Part shown: in pieces, positions 37,187-50,361 of the stretch
Layout of the letters: each line of letters opens with the position of its first letter
Numbering within the stretch: the first letter of the stretch is position 1
Assembly: GCF_001194135.2 (NCBI RefSeq)
Contig: NC_068982.1
Location: 133,805,883 to 133,869,882 of the forward strand
Length of the DNA stretch: 64,000 bases
Source of the DNA: Octopus bimaculoides
Lineage: Eukaryota
Direction: 5' to 3'
The notes under the pieces: generated by a model
What the model was told of the DNA's origin: nothing
What the model saw: only the letters and a program-made list of their open reading frames with translations
The model's database searches: none
Position numbers and translations under genes: made by a program

Positions 37187-37365
37187 TGCTGGTGGCACAT
37201 AAAAGCATCCATTACACTCTCGGAGTGGTTGGCGTTAAGAAGAGCATCCAGCTATAGAAAACCATGCCAAATCAGACTGGAGTCTGGTGCAGCCTTCCAG
37301 CTTGCCAGCCCTGGTCAAACCATCCAATTCATGCCAGCATGGACAATGGATGTTAAATGATAATG
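37187..37365 (+). mobile_element. (GAT)n-tailed retroposon 3' part
   Basis: GGTGGCACATAAAAGCATCC...GGAGTGGTTGGCGTTAAGAAGAGCATCCAGCTATAGAAACC...CATGCCAGCATGG...GTTAAATGAT. Confidence 0.8.
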
Positions 37366-37649
37366 TATGTATGTATATATCACAAGTGGTATTGTCTATT
37401 TGCAGTTTTCTGTGAAAAACATGTCTGTTTCATGTTCAAAGGACTTTGGGAAATTTATCCTTGCTTGAAAACTACTGAAAGTTGGTGACAGAAATGGCAC
37501 CTAGCTCCATAAATCTGACTCAATGAATTTCATCTGACCTATGCAAGCATGGAAAAGTGAATGTTAAAACAATGATGATGATCCCTGAAACATAATTCTC
37601 AACAGAATTGTTAGTCCTCTTTAAGCATGTCTTTCAGTACTTCTCATTT

Positions 37650-38035
37650 TACATTATTTACATTTGATGGATATTAAAAGTCATCTCTGGCTCCTGGAGT
37701 CTTGCATGCATAACGGGCTTACTACCTTAACCACTATGCCATATGCCCGTGGGCATATGGTATAGTGGTTAAGAGCGCAGGCTACTAACCCCAAGATTCT
37801 GAGTTCGATTCCAGGCAGTGACATGAATAATAATAATTATAATAATAATAATAATAATAATAACAACATCGAAAAATACCTTAGGAATGAGAACCCAGGT
37901 TCGAAATTTCCCCAAGACACCTGATAAAGGCTGGAGAGTATATCAGCCGAAACGCTGTGTTAACAACAAACAAGATGAGGACAAATATCTGTCAAATGTA
38001 AATAATGTACATAATTCCTCATCTTTTAAATACAG
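37650..38035 (+). mobile_element. Palindromic tRNA-headed element with a degenerate hammerhead (Penelope-terminal/retrozyme-like)
   Basis: Central 23-bp inverted repeat (37726-37748 / 37751-37773) and outer 25-bp inverted repeat (37650-37674 / 37985-38009). Pol III A-box TGGTATAGTGG and B-box GAGTTCGATTC, an (AAT)n tract, and a hammerhead motif. Confidence 0.7.
37916..37961 (+). ncRNA. Degenerate minimal type I hammerhead ribozyme motif (probably inactive in this copy)
   Basis: Stem I GACAC/GTGTT, core CTGATAA (consensus CUGANGA), stem II GGCTG/CAGCC with a 10-nt loop, GAAA, and short stem III CG followed by CT (consensus UH). Two core deviations. Confidence 0.65.
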
Positions 38036-39991
38036 AACTGTAACTGTCATTTTGTTAAACTTTTGTGATTTTAAATAACCCAACCTGAACTGGGTTGACA
38101 ATACCAACAACTAGGGTAGTTACTTTGGGTATCACATACTTTGAAGGGCCACATCATATGTTAGGGATTTTTAAAAATAAAAGGCAAGTGCAAAATGGAA
38201 ATAGATAAAATATTAGCATTATTCTTATATTTTATAAATTGTGATAAATTTTTCCCTATATTTAAAGGTTTTACTCCTTGTAAAAATTTTAAAATGTATA
38301 CATGTATACATTGAGCTTGTTTGGGGTGCCAGTAACTCTGGGCTGGTTCTAAATCCAGTTATACGATTGTGAATCTTAGCATTATATTCATGTGAAGTTT
38401 CATTTCTCAGTACTTTCTGTTGATTTGGGAAAGTTCAATAAAGAAAGGTCCGACTGCATGTTGTTGCTACTCTGCTTATATTGTGCGTCTCCTGACAAGG
38501 CATATAACTCTTACTTGGCTGAGTAGCCAATATTTGGAGTATTGTATGTAGTTGTGTACATACTCCCTCGTATATTATAACCGTCGTTGATTCAACATTC
38601 TTGTTCATATAATCATACAAGTTGAACAGGTTTGCAATAAAGTATCTTTCCATCTAACTGAATCTAATTTGTTCCGAAAGTTTCTCTCGAGATTTACTTT
38701 CATCTTTTATTACGAGAACCTTTCAATACTAATTCATTAATATATAGTTACCAATATTCTATGGGCCAAATAAAATGAAAAAATTCCTATATTGGCACTA
38801 CAAAATGGCTATAAGGATGCAGAAGGAAATAATGATTCTTGTTTTCATTTTACAAGAAATACAATCTCGATACTTATCAAGGTTTTCTGAAATATAATCA
38901 TGAGGAATGACGTGATTTTTTTTACTAAGACCTTTACATTTATTTTTATTTGAATGAAGGAAATATCTATTTTTAAAGTAAGTATTCGATTATATAATAT
39001 TCATGATGTCACACATTTCGTTGTCTCCAATTTAAAGATAGGAATCAATTGTTTAATTACATCTTGTGGATTTTGTATTTGTTTTGATATTTGATTTCAT
39101 GATTATAATAATGAAATGACGGTTGCACACTTGGATTATCTCCCTTACATATATTTTTGACAGATTTTAAAAAAAATATGCGACAACATAATTCCATTTT
39201 GTGGGCTTTATTAAACTGACGTTTACTGACCACCAGTTTTCTAGGAAATTAATGAAGTACTTTTGATTTCAATTATTTAATTGCTCAATGCAGATTACAT
39301 AGGTGCTATAATTTAATTTCTGATTACAATCTTTAAAATACACTTTGTAACTCTTTTTTTTTTTTAATCATTGTAAAATTATATATATTATTTCACTGGT
39401 TTTACTCATTGGATTGTGGCCATGCTGGGGCACTACCTTAAAGTGTTTTTAGTAGATCAAAACAATCCCTGTAGTTATTCTTTTAAGTTTGGTACTTTAT
39501 CTGATGGATTCCTTTTTGACAAACCAATGAAAAAAAAAAAAAAACAGGATCAAAAGCAAATAAAAGCTAGTTATCAAGTAGTGTTGCATAAAGACAAGTT
39601 ATGGAGAGAAACACTCTCACATAATCATTAATTTTTCCCTGCCAGCATGGGTTAGATAAATGTTTACTGAGATATTGACAGCTGAATGCTTTTGTTGCCT
39701 CTAGCCTTTACCTGTTTTTTTTTTTTTTTTATTTCACCTGTCTTCAAAGGAACAAAGCCACTAGATGATTTGTTGACAGGGGAACTGACGACAACATCGC
39801 TATTTTTGCTTGCAATATTCAGGAAAAAAGATCAATTGTAAACAAAGACACATACGTATAACAGACTTCTTTCAGCTTGCACTTACAAGATCTTGGTCAG
39901 TGTAGGACACTAGTATTGTGCAGTGGAAGCAAATCCAAAAACCATATGATTAGGAAGTGAACTTCTGAACCACATAGCCATGCCTACCCCC

Positions 39992-40380
39992 AAAGTCAGG
40001 TCCAGTATGGGAGCATACACCATTGCAGTATGTTGCTGCATTCACCATTTTTTGGTATATTTTTGGGCCCTCTTGAGCAATCTGTCAAGCAGAATCCCAG
40101 TCAGTCTTCATCTTTGCAAGATACCTCCTCATCTTCTGTGTCCATGTAGCATGTGGCCAACCAACATGAACAGTCAACCCAGCTGGATCCGCATTTAAGA
40201 GAACACAGTAAGCAGGGTCTAACTCAGCAAATCATACAACATTGCTATACTGTCTGAACTGGTGTTCCCGAATCATAGAAGATGCATCTCAGTTCCTGAG
40301 TAGAGTTGTTGGTTGGATATAAAGTCTGACCAATGGTAACCCATAATCCTGTAAAACATACATTGGAGTTCGGGCGACTC
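39992..40380 (-). mobile_element. RTE-clade LINE 3' fragment
   Basis: Minus translation RIMGYHWSDFISNQQLYSGT ... GWPHATWTQKMRRYL ... MVNAATYCNGVCSHT matches the RTE C-terminal pattern RILG..W.D.VSN.E and GRP..TW. Frameshifted. Confidence 0.75.
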
Positions 40381-40718
40381 CTGCACATACATGCATGTAT
40401 TTATGTACATATGATGGGCTTTCATATAGTTTCCATCATCTAGATTCATTCACAAGGCATTGGTTAGTCCATGGCTATAGTAGAAGACATTTATACTGCA
40501 CAGTGGGACTGAAGCACTTCCTTTATCATAAATTTGAACCAAATAGTCTCAATTGATGCCATATTAATTTTCTTGTGAAATACTAAAGATTTATGCAACT
40601 ATTGTTTTAGTTTGATGTTTAAATATTTCCTATGAAATATTTGAGATTAAAAAAAAACATATTGTGAAATAAAATGAAGTAAAAAATATTTATTTGCATA
40701 TTATTTTTCCTTTTTCAG

Positions 40719-40960
40719 ATCGTCATGGTCTTGAACGTAGTGATAAAATTAACCGGCTTCAAGAACTTTTAATCCAGGCTTTGCAGCATGAAATTAATGC
40801 TGCTCATCCTGATGAAGTGGGACTTTTTCCACGATTGCTAATGAGTATCTCCAGTCTGAGGGAGCTTGGTGTTGAACACCGTAAAATGTTGGAATCGCTG
40901 AAAGGACAAATACACTTCCAGCATGACCTCTATGCTGAAACATTTGATCTGATAACTTAA
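40719..40960 (+). CDS. Nuclear receptor last coding exon: LBD helices 9-12 (DRHGLERSDKINRLQELLIQALQ...LFPRLLMSISSLRELGVEHRKMLESLKGQIHFQHDLYAETFDLIT*)
   Basis: Acceptor tcctttttcag|AT completes the Asp codon (DRxGL motif). Stop TAA at 40958-40960. Confidence 0.96.
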
Positions 40961-41329
40961 CTCCATTCTTTCATCTCTTAGAATTGATCACCTGGCTCTG
41001 TATTTGATACTTTTTATCGTTCAGCCCCCCCCCCCCTTCCCCCTCTACCTTCACCCTCTGATTGAGATTGTTTCCGTAGTGACAAAAACGAAATGGTAGA
41101 AGTTGCTGCTAACGCATCTTCATGCACACTTTTTCTCTGTGTGGTTGTGCTTGTATTGTATTTGAACTCTAGCTCTCCATGTGCAAACAGTTGAAACCCG
41201 TTGTTCATATTAAATGGCACTGACAAAGTTCCTGGAACTAAATCACTGCTAACGAGGCTGTTGTATAAATAAGGTTTGCAGACTGTTGATGCAGATACCA
41301 TGGAGATGAATCTCTTTCATCCTGTCTTG

Positions 41330-41460
41330 GAGCATGTTTATTATCATTATTATTATCATTATTATTATTATTACTATTATTATTATAATGTTATTTTTTA
41401 TTTATTTTACTTTATTTTTTAAACTTTTTTTTTCATTGTTGAATTCAGTGAGAGCCAATT

Positions 41461-41500
<40 letters not shown>

Positions 41501-41660
41501 CTTTTTTCTTGTTTTTTTTTTATCAGTAGGGGATGAATCTTTATATTGGAACTGTCTGCACTCATGATTACTAGCTTAATTGAAATTAAAAAGAAGAGTA
41601 AAAAAAAAAAAAATTTATTAATTAATGAAAAATGAAGACCTTTTTTATTTTTTTTTTTTT
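41330..41660. repeat. (ATT)n, poly-T and poly-A low-complexity tract in the probable 3' UTR
   Basis: Direct inspection, 0.4-0.7 kb downstream of the stop codon. No polyA site could be assigned. Confidence 0.8.
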
Positions 41661-42286
41661 CCCTCTCATTTTCCTTGCCAATAATAAGTCTGTTTTTATG
41701 TCTGTCAATGCTTGGCAGGTATCCTGCCATTTGAGGTTATGAAATAACAACCCACATTCAATATAATGGTTTGCTTTAATACAATGTATGATTCTCATTC
41801 GGTGTAATTTTTAACAGATCATGAGATAAAAAAACAAAAAATAGAAAAGCTAAAAAGCAAAAAAATACTTCCATTTTTTTTACCATCTTGACAAATTATT
41901 TTTTAAAAAATGCAGAATATTTGCCCTCCTCTCTGTCTCCTCATTTTTTTGGTATAATTTAATTTTTTTAGAATTTTTAAAATTTATTTATTTTTATTCG
42001 CTCTTTCAGATTCTTTCACACATTGTTTCTGTTTATGTCCTGTTTATTCTTTAGGTCTTATATTCGTTAAGGAATTCTGAAAACATATCTGAAGGCATTA
42101 TGGAATTATAAATAAGAACTTTTATTACTTTTCTACTTAATAATATGCTGCTGAAAATAATCTCATTCCAAATAGTTTTTTTCCCTCTCTTCCCCAAATG
42201 AGGACAACTTTTGCTACTATCACCATCAACATGACCATCACCACTATTACAAATACTACTACTACTATTTTATTATTATTATTATT

Positions 42287-42510
42287 AAGGTGGTGAGCTG
42301 GAAGAGTTGTTAGGGCATCAGACAAAATGCTTTACAGCATTTCATCCAGCTCTTTACGTGCTATGCTCAAATCCTTCTGAGGTCAACTTTGCCTTTCATC
42401 CCTCCAAGGTCGATAAAAAAAGTACCAGTCATGTACTGGGGTCAATGTAATTGACTTTCCTCTACTCCCTAAAATTGCTGGCCTTGTGCCAAAATTTGTA
42501 AGAATTATTA
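42287..42510 (+). mobile_element. Meta-like SINE, single copy between (ATT)n tracts
   Basis: AAGGTGGTGAGCTGG...GAGGTCAACTTTGCCTTTCATCC...GCCTTGTGCCAAAATTTG. Confidence 0.85.
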
Positions 42511-45500
42511 TTATTACAATAAATCTTAAATATTGGCGTTTCAGTTTTATGATGATGGGTTTTTGTTGTTTTTTTTTAATATCCTGACTAGTATCTCTGG
42601 TCCTTTTCTAATTTTTATTTTAGAATCCACCCTGGTAAGAATGGATTCTAAAATGACACATTCATTTCACAGTCTGTTCAGTCATTCCTGTCATTGTTTA
42701 GAAAACCAATAATGCCAGAATTCATCAGCGCCTCTGTCATTTCTCTTATAAGCCTTCATTTGTTCCTTAAACACATATAAGTAACTTAGGCAGTTACAAT
42801 TTAATGGTTTTCTTACTCCCTCACTCAACTCTCAAGCCCTCTCCCCCTCAATATGTTCTTCAGTGTTGTAGCACATGATTTGTTTCATTGATCTTACTTT
42901 CTGTCTGTGTTATAAATATGTTTGTTTTTTTTCTAGATCTTCTGCATCCAATATCTGGATCTTTTCTCAATATAACATTCTCTTTGTTTTTCATGGAACA
43001 GTCATGCTGCCAATACATTTAATGTTGTTGTGTGGATTTGAACATGATATAGACAATCATTTGATAAAATAATTAATAAAAGGGCACCTTTTTAAAATTG
43101 GATAAATGTTAAAATATCAAGTCATTGAAAAAGTTCATTACTAAATTACAATTACAAATTACTATACTGTTGGAATCTAATTACTAATGCCATAACTGGC
43201 TGGTTTTAGTAATGGTTCTAAAGGCATTTACCAAAATGTCTAAATTTTCAAACTCATCTAAGCCACCCAGTTTGACACGGAATTATGGGTGCACAGTAAG
43301 GATGATGTGAATGTAAGAACCTGTCTTTAAATGACAATATTTATCTGTGAAATGGCAAATACTGTAGAATTGTGTCAAGCTCCCGGTGAGACAAGTCTTT
43401 GATCCAAATTCAATTCTCGGTTTTAATTCTTTAACTTTATGTTGCTAATGCCTTTGCTTAAAAGGCATCACTGTCACAAAATCGCATTCCCAACCAATAT
43501 TACTACTACTACTTCTACTTTTCATATATCACAGGCATTGTGCCTACATGGAAAAAGAAATTCAGTTTACAAGCAAAGCAAAATATGTTTCTCTGTTTCT
43601 TTAAAGCCACATTTTTCCGTTTTTGTTTTTTCTTAGTTATTCCTTCTTGCTTGTTGCCTTTTGGCTGCGGCAATATTTTGTCAAAGTAATACTTAGACTA
43701 AATATTGATACTTCCAAAAGAAAATGAGTGATCACCCTTCCTCTTTTCTTTGAAGTCTGTATTTGTCTACAATCAATTTTGGTAATGTCTATTAATAACA
43801 TGTTATCATTTTCTTAGACTGATATTGCTGTGTGCCGGGTAGTTGTGCTATTTTGATTAAGTCCAAGTATTCTCTATCTAAGTATGACTCCTCATGTTCT
43901 AATTAATTAGTGCAACCTGGCTCTAAGTGTAGACTGAGATAGTCTTTTTCTTTTTGGAGCTGTACTTGTGTAGCAGATGACTAGAGCTGAGACTGTATAT
44001 TGAAAGTGAAGCAACTACATTGTAGAAGAGTCATTTTAGCCATTTGATAACACACAGATCTGTTAAATTCAATTTGAATTTAGATTATGGAATGTCAAAG
44101 TTTTTATCACACAACTGTGACTTGGTCACTAACACTTTGATCCATGTCAGTGACCGGGTCAGAGATGCATGATGAAGGTTTTAATTTTTCATGAAATATA
44201 TTTAAAGTGAATTTAACAACTTTGCATGTTGTTAACTGGCTAGAATGGCTCTTTCATAATGTAATTGTTATTAACTTTAAAATTTCTTAAAAGTTGCTTT
44301 TTCATGACAATCTTCATTTCTCTGAATTAAACTCTAATTACCTATTAACTAACAACATGCTTAACCATATGTTTATCTTGTAAATAATTATTTCCTTTAT
44401 TTCTGAAATAATTCACAAATTCTTCAATTTTTTTTTTTTTTTTTTTGCTCATTAAAACCTAACCAGGTTGCTTTCCAATCAATACCAGTGATTAATCCAT
44501 ACAGAAATATACATTTTTTTTTAACCTACCTTTTCTCTAAATATTTTCCTTGTCCAAAATAATTTGATTTGATCCTTTAAAGACATTGTTCCTTCTAACA
44601 ATTTTGTTACAGAGATACTAAATATCTCTTTCTCTTAGAAAAATAATAGTTAAACTTCAAATATCTTCATTTGTTGCTTAGTTTGTTTCCATAATTAATA
44701 GTCTTCATCAATGATCAATCAACTATTTTGATAGGTATTGCAAAGTTGCTTGTAACTTAAATTTACATGTCTTTTTATTCATTTATAGATATTCATATCA
44801 ACTCTGTTTTTATTCCTCATTGTCAAGCCATTCTTTGATTAGGGTGATGATGTTGTTCTTGATGATTCTCATAAATTCCATGCATTCCATTTTCCAAGAA
44901 TAAGGAGCAATATCATAGCTGTATTATAGTTTATCCATGTTATCATAACTTAATATGTGTGTATCAATGACTTACTTCTCTTTGGTTCCTGGTGACTTCC
45001 ATAACCTTGTTGTTTCTTAGGAATGAAATCATTGCCAAACATAGATATAGTGAGGCTTTTATTTTCTCTTTCTTGGCTTCCTTTTAAGCCTTTTACAAAA
45101 AAAAACTAGCACATTGACTCAAGGACCCTCTTTTATCAGTGTCCTAAATATAGAATACAATGCTTACCATACAATAGGTTTGTGGCCTAGTGGTTAGGCT
45201 ATTGACCTCATGATCATAAAGTCGTGGGCTTGATTCTGAGGTCAGGTGACATGTTGTACCTTTGGGCAAGGCACATCATTTCATGTTGCTCCAGTCTACT
45301 CAGCTGAAAATGTGTACCTGCCAGCTGTTGGTGCAACCTTCTCTTCTTCCAGTTGTCACATTCTTGATGTTCTGCTGGGTCAAGAGTGGGAGGGCCAAGA
45401 GGGCGTCTGATTACACAGGCACCTAAAACAATTAGTAAATACAACATACTGACTACTGAGTCATCCGTGCTTGCATGTGATGGCTATGTTCATACCAGTA

Positions 45501-46633
45501 CAGGTCTGTTTATGTACCTAAATCGGTTAACATTCCATATAGTATATTCCAGACCTTGACTCAAGATCATATAGAATGGAAAAATTTTATTCTCCATATG
45601 AGCGTGTATTTGCATTTTCAGTCAATGAGTTGTCTTGAAGCTAGAGTTTTGATATAATTTTGAAGAATTGTACTTGGTTACCTATCTGTTGTTAGGAAGA
45701 ATAATTTCATTCTTAATCCCAAATTCTTGAATAACTTCTAATATCAGAAATTTTGCTGATTGGAACATTACTTAATAATGCTTTCAGTTTAATGACTGAT
45801 GTGAATTTTAATGCAGTTTTGTCTTCAATTTTGACTTAGATTTTTCTTTTTACTTGTGATCTATATTATTAGATTTAACTTACAAATCATCTAAATATGA
45901 TTGATTATTCATTCTGTGTATGCTATAAAAATCTGTTAATTGTTTGTTACATCTGTTGATTTCTTTTAGTTAGCTTTGACTAAGCTTTATTTGTAACAAT
46001 TTCTTGATTAAATTTCCAGCTTGTAGATTCTACCCTTTACCCATTCATATATCTCCTACAATTTTCATTCAGTTCTTTCAAATTTATTATTACCCAAATT
46101 GTGTGGGGAATTTTTTTTATCCCTAGTTGTGTCCCATTTCTCTTGTCTTTGATCCCTCTGACAAAGGTGTGAACCTCATAATATTGCTTTCCACTTTACT
46201 AGAACAAGTTTTTGCTTTTTTGATAAATATTCATGGCTTTGTGTAAGCCATCAACACTCTTTTGAATTTCATGTTTATTTTTATGATTTAAACAATTCTG
46301 CACCTTAACGAATGGTTGCAATTATTAAGTTTTTTTTACTTCATTTCTTTTTTTTAAAGTTTTATTAAAACATTTTCTAAATCTTTTGTTTCTTCCTACT
46401 TTTGCTATTTCATTCTGATGTTTAGAATACATTTTCACGCAATTTACTTCCATCATAATAATAATAACCACAATAATAATAATGATGACGATGTATTATC
46501 ATGTTCTATAATTTCTTCTCTCAAATTCTTGTTTCATCAACATTATCTGACATGTTATGATTTTTCAGACTTTTACCAACCATCTATAATATTTTCTTTG
46601 TCTTCATCATTTGCTAATTTTTCTCTTTACTTC

Positions 46634-46666
<33 letters not shown>

Positions 46667-46776
46667 CATTATTATTATTATTTCCTTTATTGAATCATAT
46701 CTTCCCTTTACACCAGTGTCTATTATCAAACAAATATCAGATATTCTATGATCTTGTATCAAGTACTTTTCCCCAT

Positions 46777-46821
<45 letters not shown>

Positions 46822-49249
46822 TTCTGGTAACTGTGAACTGTTGATTAGATCCCTGTTGAACTTCCATACTCATATTTAATCTTTGTCACAGCAGCAACTT
46901 CAGAACACTACATTGAAATTAAGTGTCATTCATATTTTTGTTGTTGTTGTTGTTGCTTTCTACAGCTTTACTTGTTTACAATATCAAAGGGTGACAGAAA
47001 TTCTGCTGATCTTGATCATATCAGAATCTCTTGGTAAAAATAAACTGGAGTAGTTTTCTCATTGCTTATACCAGGCCCAAGCAAAGACTTTAATCAAGCT
47101 TGCAAAGTAACAAATAGTGTTTATTACTTTTGTAGTGCCCTTGCTGCCTGCTTACAGCAGTGAGATGTACTTGTGTACATCTAAGGTGACCAGCAAACTT
47201 TAACTATCTTGGCCAAGGTCCCAGTGTAGAACCAGTGAATGGGAACATATTGTTGACCTTTTTATTTATTTTTCATGTAAATCTGATTCTAAGAAAATCA
47301 TATTTAAACCGGTGCTTTTGGTTCTGTAAGAACTATTTCCTCTGCTACGTAAGTGTGTGTATTTTGGAACTGTTAAAAAACATCTAGTACAACATATCTA
47401 TGGAGTAACAAATTTATTTTGATGTGAATTGTATTATCTTCTAAATATTAAGTAGCTACAGTAGTTCTTATTATAATGTTAATTCAGTGTTAATCTCTAC
47501 TTCTCATTCCCTTCCCTTTGCTCATTTTATTGGATTACTCATAAGTACCAGAATTATTTTTGTTTTATCATTCAACTGCAGTCTACAAATTACATATCTT
47601 TCACAAATGGCTTCCTTTATACTTTATGTGTAGTGTTTGGTGTTTCCTCTCATAAACCTCATAACTGTTTCTTTGGAATGAGCGACTCCTTTCAAATGTA
47701 AGTTTGCAATCATTAATGCAACTTTTGATTCTAAATGATTTTTTTAAATTTTAGAATTCATACATAAACCGGTGCTTTTGATTCTGCAAGAACCACTTAT
47801 ACTATTACATCTTCCCCAATGTCTGATCAAATACTGTCTGCAACTCTTGAAAACAATGCTCTGTTTTTAATTTTTTTCTTTTTTTGTTCCGGTTTTGATG
47901 ATTTTTGTTTTCAATTGTCTTCTCAAAAATACATTTCACAAACACAATCTTTTCAATATATTTCATGTCTTTACAATAACATCATCTTCCTGGTGGGTTG
48001 TCTTCAATTTTAGTTAAACATTTACACTTTTTTCCTCAGTGGTTTATTTAATCAACCTTTACTAAAATTACTTGCCTGCTTCCTTTCCTTTGCTACACTT
48101 TTTCTCAGATTGCTTGATACAAATGTTCTGAGTTTTCCCCTTGTCCTTCTGCCGAAATATGTTTCCTAATTATGCCGAGCATTCTAATAACCAACTGTTT
48201 TGTCTTTTAGCTAAATATCAGTTTTAACAATCTACTCTATTCAGGATACTGTAAAAAAAAAAAAAAAAGACTGAATTACATGCCTCTTTGACAGCATTTA
48301 TTATGAATTTTATAATATATAAGGAGAATCGTCTTAAAAATATTTGCTGTCTTGTACTGTACCTACTAGAAAGAAGGAATTTAAACACTTTTAGTAAATA
48401 TTTTACCTTACTTACAATATATTACTCTGATTAATTATGGGATGTAGATATAACCTCTTGGTTAAGAAGTTTGCTACACAATTATATGGTTTTAGATTTA
48501 ATGTTACTATGTGGTATCTTAGATACGTCTTCTACCAGAGCCTCAAGTTGACCAATGTTTTGTGAATGAAATATGGTAGACAGAACTATGTGAAAAATCA
48601 TTGGTGTAACCATTCCTATTCTTGTTTGATAGACTTAGTCTGGCCTGTGACTACCACAGAGTTTGCTCTGTTGCAAGCATTCTGGTTAGGTTGCAGGGCT
48701 AAAGACAACTTCCTTCCAAAAGTCTCTGAGGCTTTGAAAAGTGTCACAGGTGGTACCCTTCCCTCTTTAACAACAACAATAATAATAATAATAATAATAA
48801 TAATAGGTGCATTTGGCACAATGTTGGAATTGAGACATATTGTTGACCTACAGAAAAGTACTGTCTGGTATTCTGCATGAATCCTAAGGAAGAATTTTCA
48901 GTTTAAAGAGGCTTGTTGTCCCCAAACCTCAGGATAACCTCTCTTCTAAACATTTTTTACCTTGCTCTAACTAAAGTTAAAGTGGAATTAATAAACATTA
49001 CTGCCTTGAATGCAACACAAGATGTTACATACACTCATTGTCTGGTGCTGTCACCTTATCATAATTATTGTTGAAGTTTATAAATTATGGCATTTTCAGT
49101 GAAATAGGTTGGTAAACTTTTTTAAATTTTTCTGGTGGGGCAGGGGTCTTAATGACTATTTAGTTTAAAATATAATGGAGGTTATTAACAATATTAGTTG
49201 TACAACATATCTTCCTTATTCATGTCTAGAAATATTCATCTTTATCATT

Positions 49250-49456
49250 ATTGTGCTGGTAGAATCATAGTCTCACTGGACAAAATGCTTAGTGGCATTT
49301 CATCTGTCTTCGTGTTCTGAGTCCAAATTCCGCCAAGGTCAACTTTGTTTCATCCTTTTGGGGTTAATAAAATAAGTACCAGTCAAATGCTAGGGTTGAT
49401 GTAATCAATCGGTTTTCACTCCCAAAATTTCAGCCTTATGCCTGTAGTAGAAAAGG

Positions 49457-49494
<38 letters not shown>

Positions 49495-50296
49495 GGTGGC
49501 GAGCTGGCAGAAATGTTATCATGGTGGGCAAAATGCTTAGCGGTATTTCGTCTGTCTTTACGTTCTCAGTTCAAATTCCACTGAGATCGACTTTGCCTTT
49601 CATCCCTCTAGGGTCAATAAAATATACCAGTGAATACTAGAGTCAGTGGTATTGACTAACTCCTCTCATATAGCTACTGGCCATGTGCCAAAATTAGACA
49701 CCATTATTATTATTACTTAAAAGGGCAGTAGATTGATAGAATCATGAGAACATTAATAAAAAAAAAAGAATGCGTTTGTCATTTGTTCCAGCTTTTTACA
49801 CATCGAGTTCAAATCCTGCTGAGGTCAACTTTGCTTTTCATCTTATGAGGTCAATAAACTAAAATACCATTCAAGTACTTCAGGCCTTGTTGTAGGTTAA
49901 AAACAGTTAGTAGTAGTAGTAGTAATAGTATACACTGTGAAGTAGTTGACATTAGGAAAGGCATCAAGTCATAGAAACCAAAGCAGACATTGGTGCTTGA
50001 CACAGCTCTACAGCTTGTCAGAGCCTTCATGCCAGCATGGAAAACTGACATTAAATGATTATTATTAAGATGGCAAGGCTGGCAGATTCACTAGCATGTC
50101 AGATAAAATGCTTAGCAGTAGTTCACCCATCTTTATGTTCTAAGTTCAAATTCTGCCATGGTTGACTTTATCTTTCATCCTTTTGGGGTCTATAAAATAA
50201 CTACCAGTTGACCACTGGGATCAATGTAATTAACTTGCCCACTCCCCAAAATTGTTGGCTTTGTGCCAAAATTTGATAATAATAATAATAATAATA

Positions 50297-50361
<65 letters not shown>

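Larger units (their letters stand above)
24996..40960 (+). other. Coding span (6 exons, 5'-partial) of an NR1-subfamily orphan nuclear receptor, ROR/HR3-Rev-erb/E75-like (possibly the mollusc NR1CDEF-type group)
   Basis: Manual splicing of six GT-AG exons with matching phases (1-0, 0-1, 1-0, 0-0, 0-1, 1-stop) gives one open frame of 751 codons plus TAA. It contains both C4 zinc fingers (P-box CEGCKG), a CTE, a long hinge and a complete LBD. The intron in CK|GFFRR is typical of NR1 genes. Exact orthology cannot be determined without a phylogeny. Confidence 0.95.

Noticed and set aside
37751-37822. Functional tRNA gene
   Set aside because: A and B boxes are present but no acceptor stem can be formed and there is no oligo-T terminator. 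It is a tRNA-derived element head.
46966-47697. Short + strand exon candidates (46966-47033, 47634-47697; also 59188-59236, 63397-63507)
   Set aside because: GT/AG signals of this strength are expected by chance in AT-rich DNA. No coherent chain or recognisable protein, and the last one ends inside a SINE.
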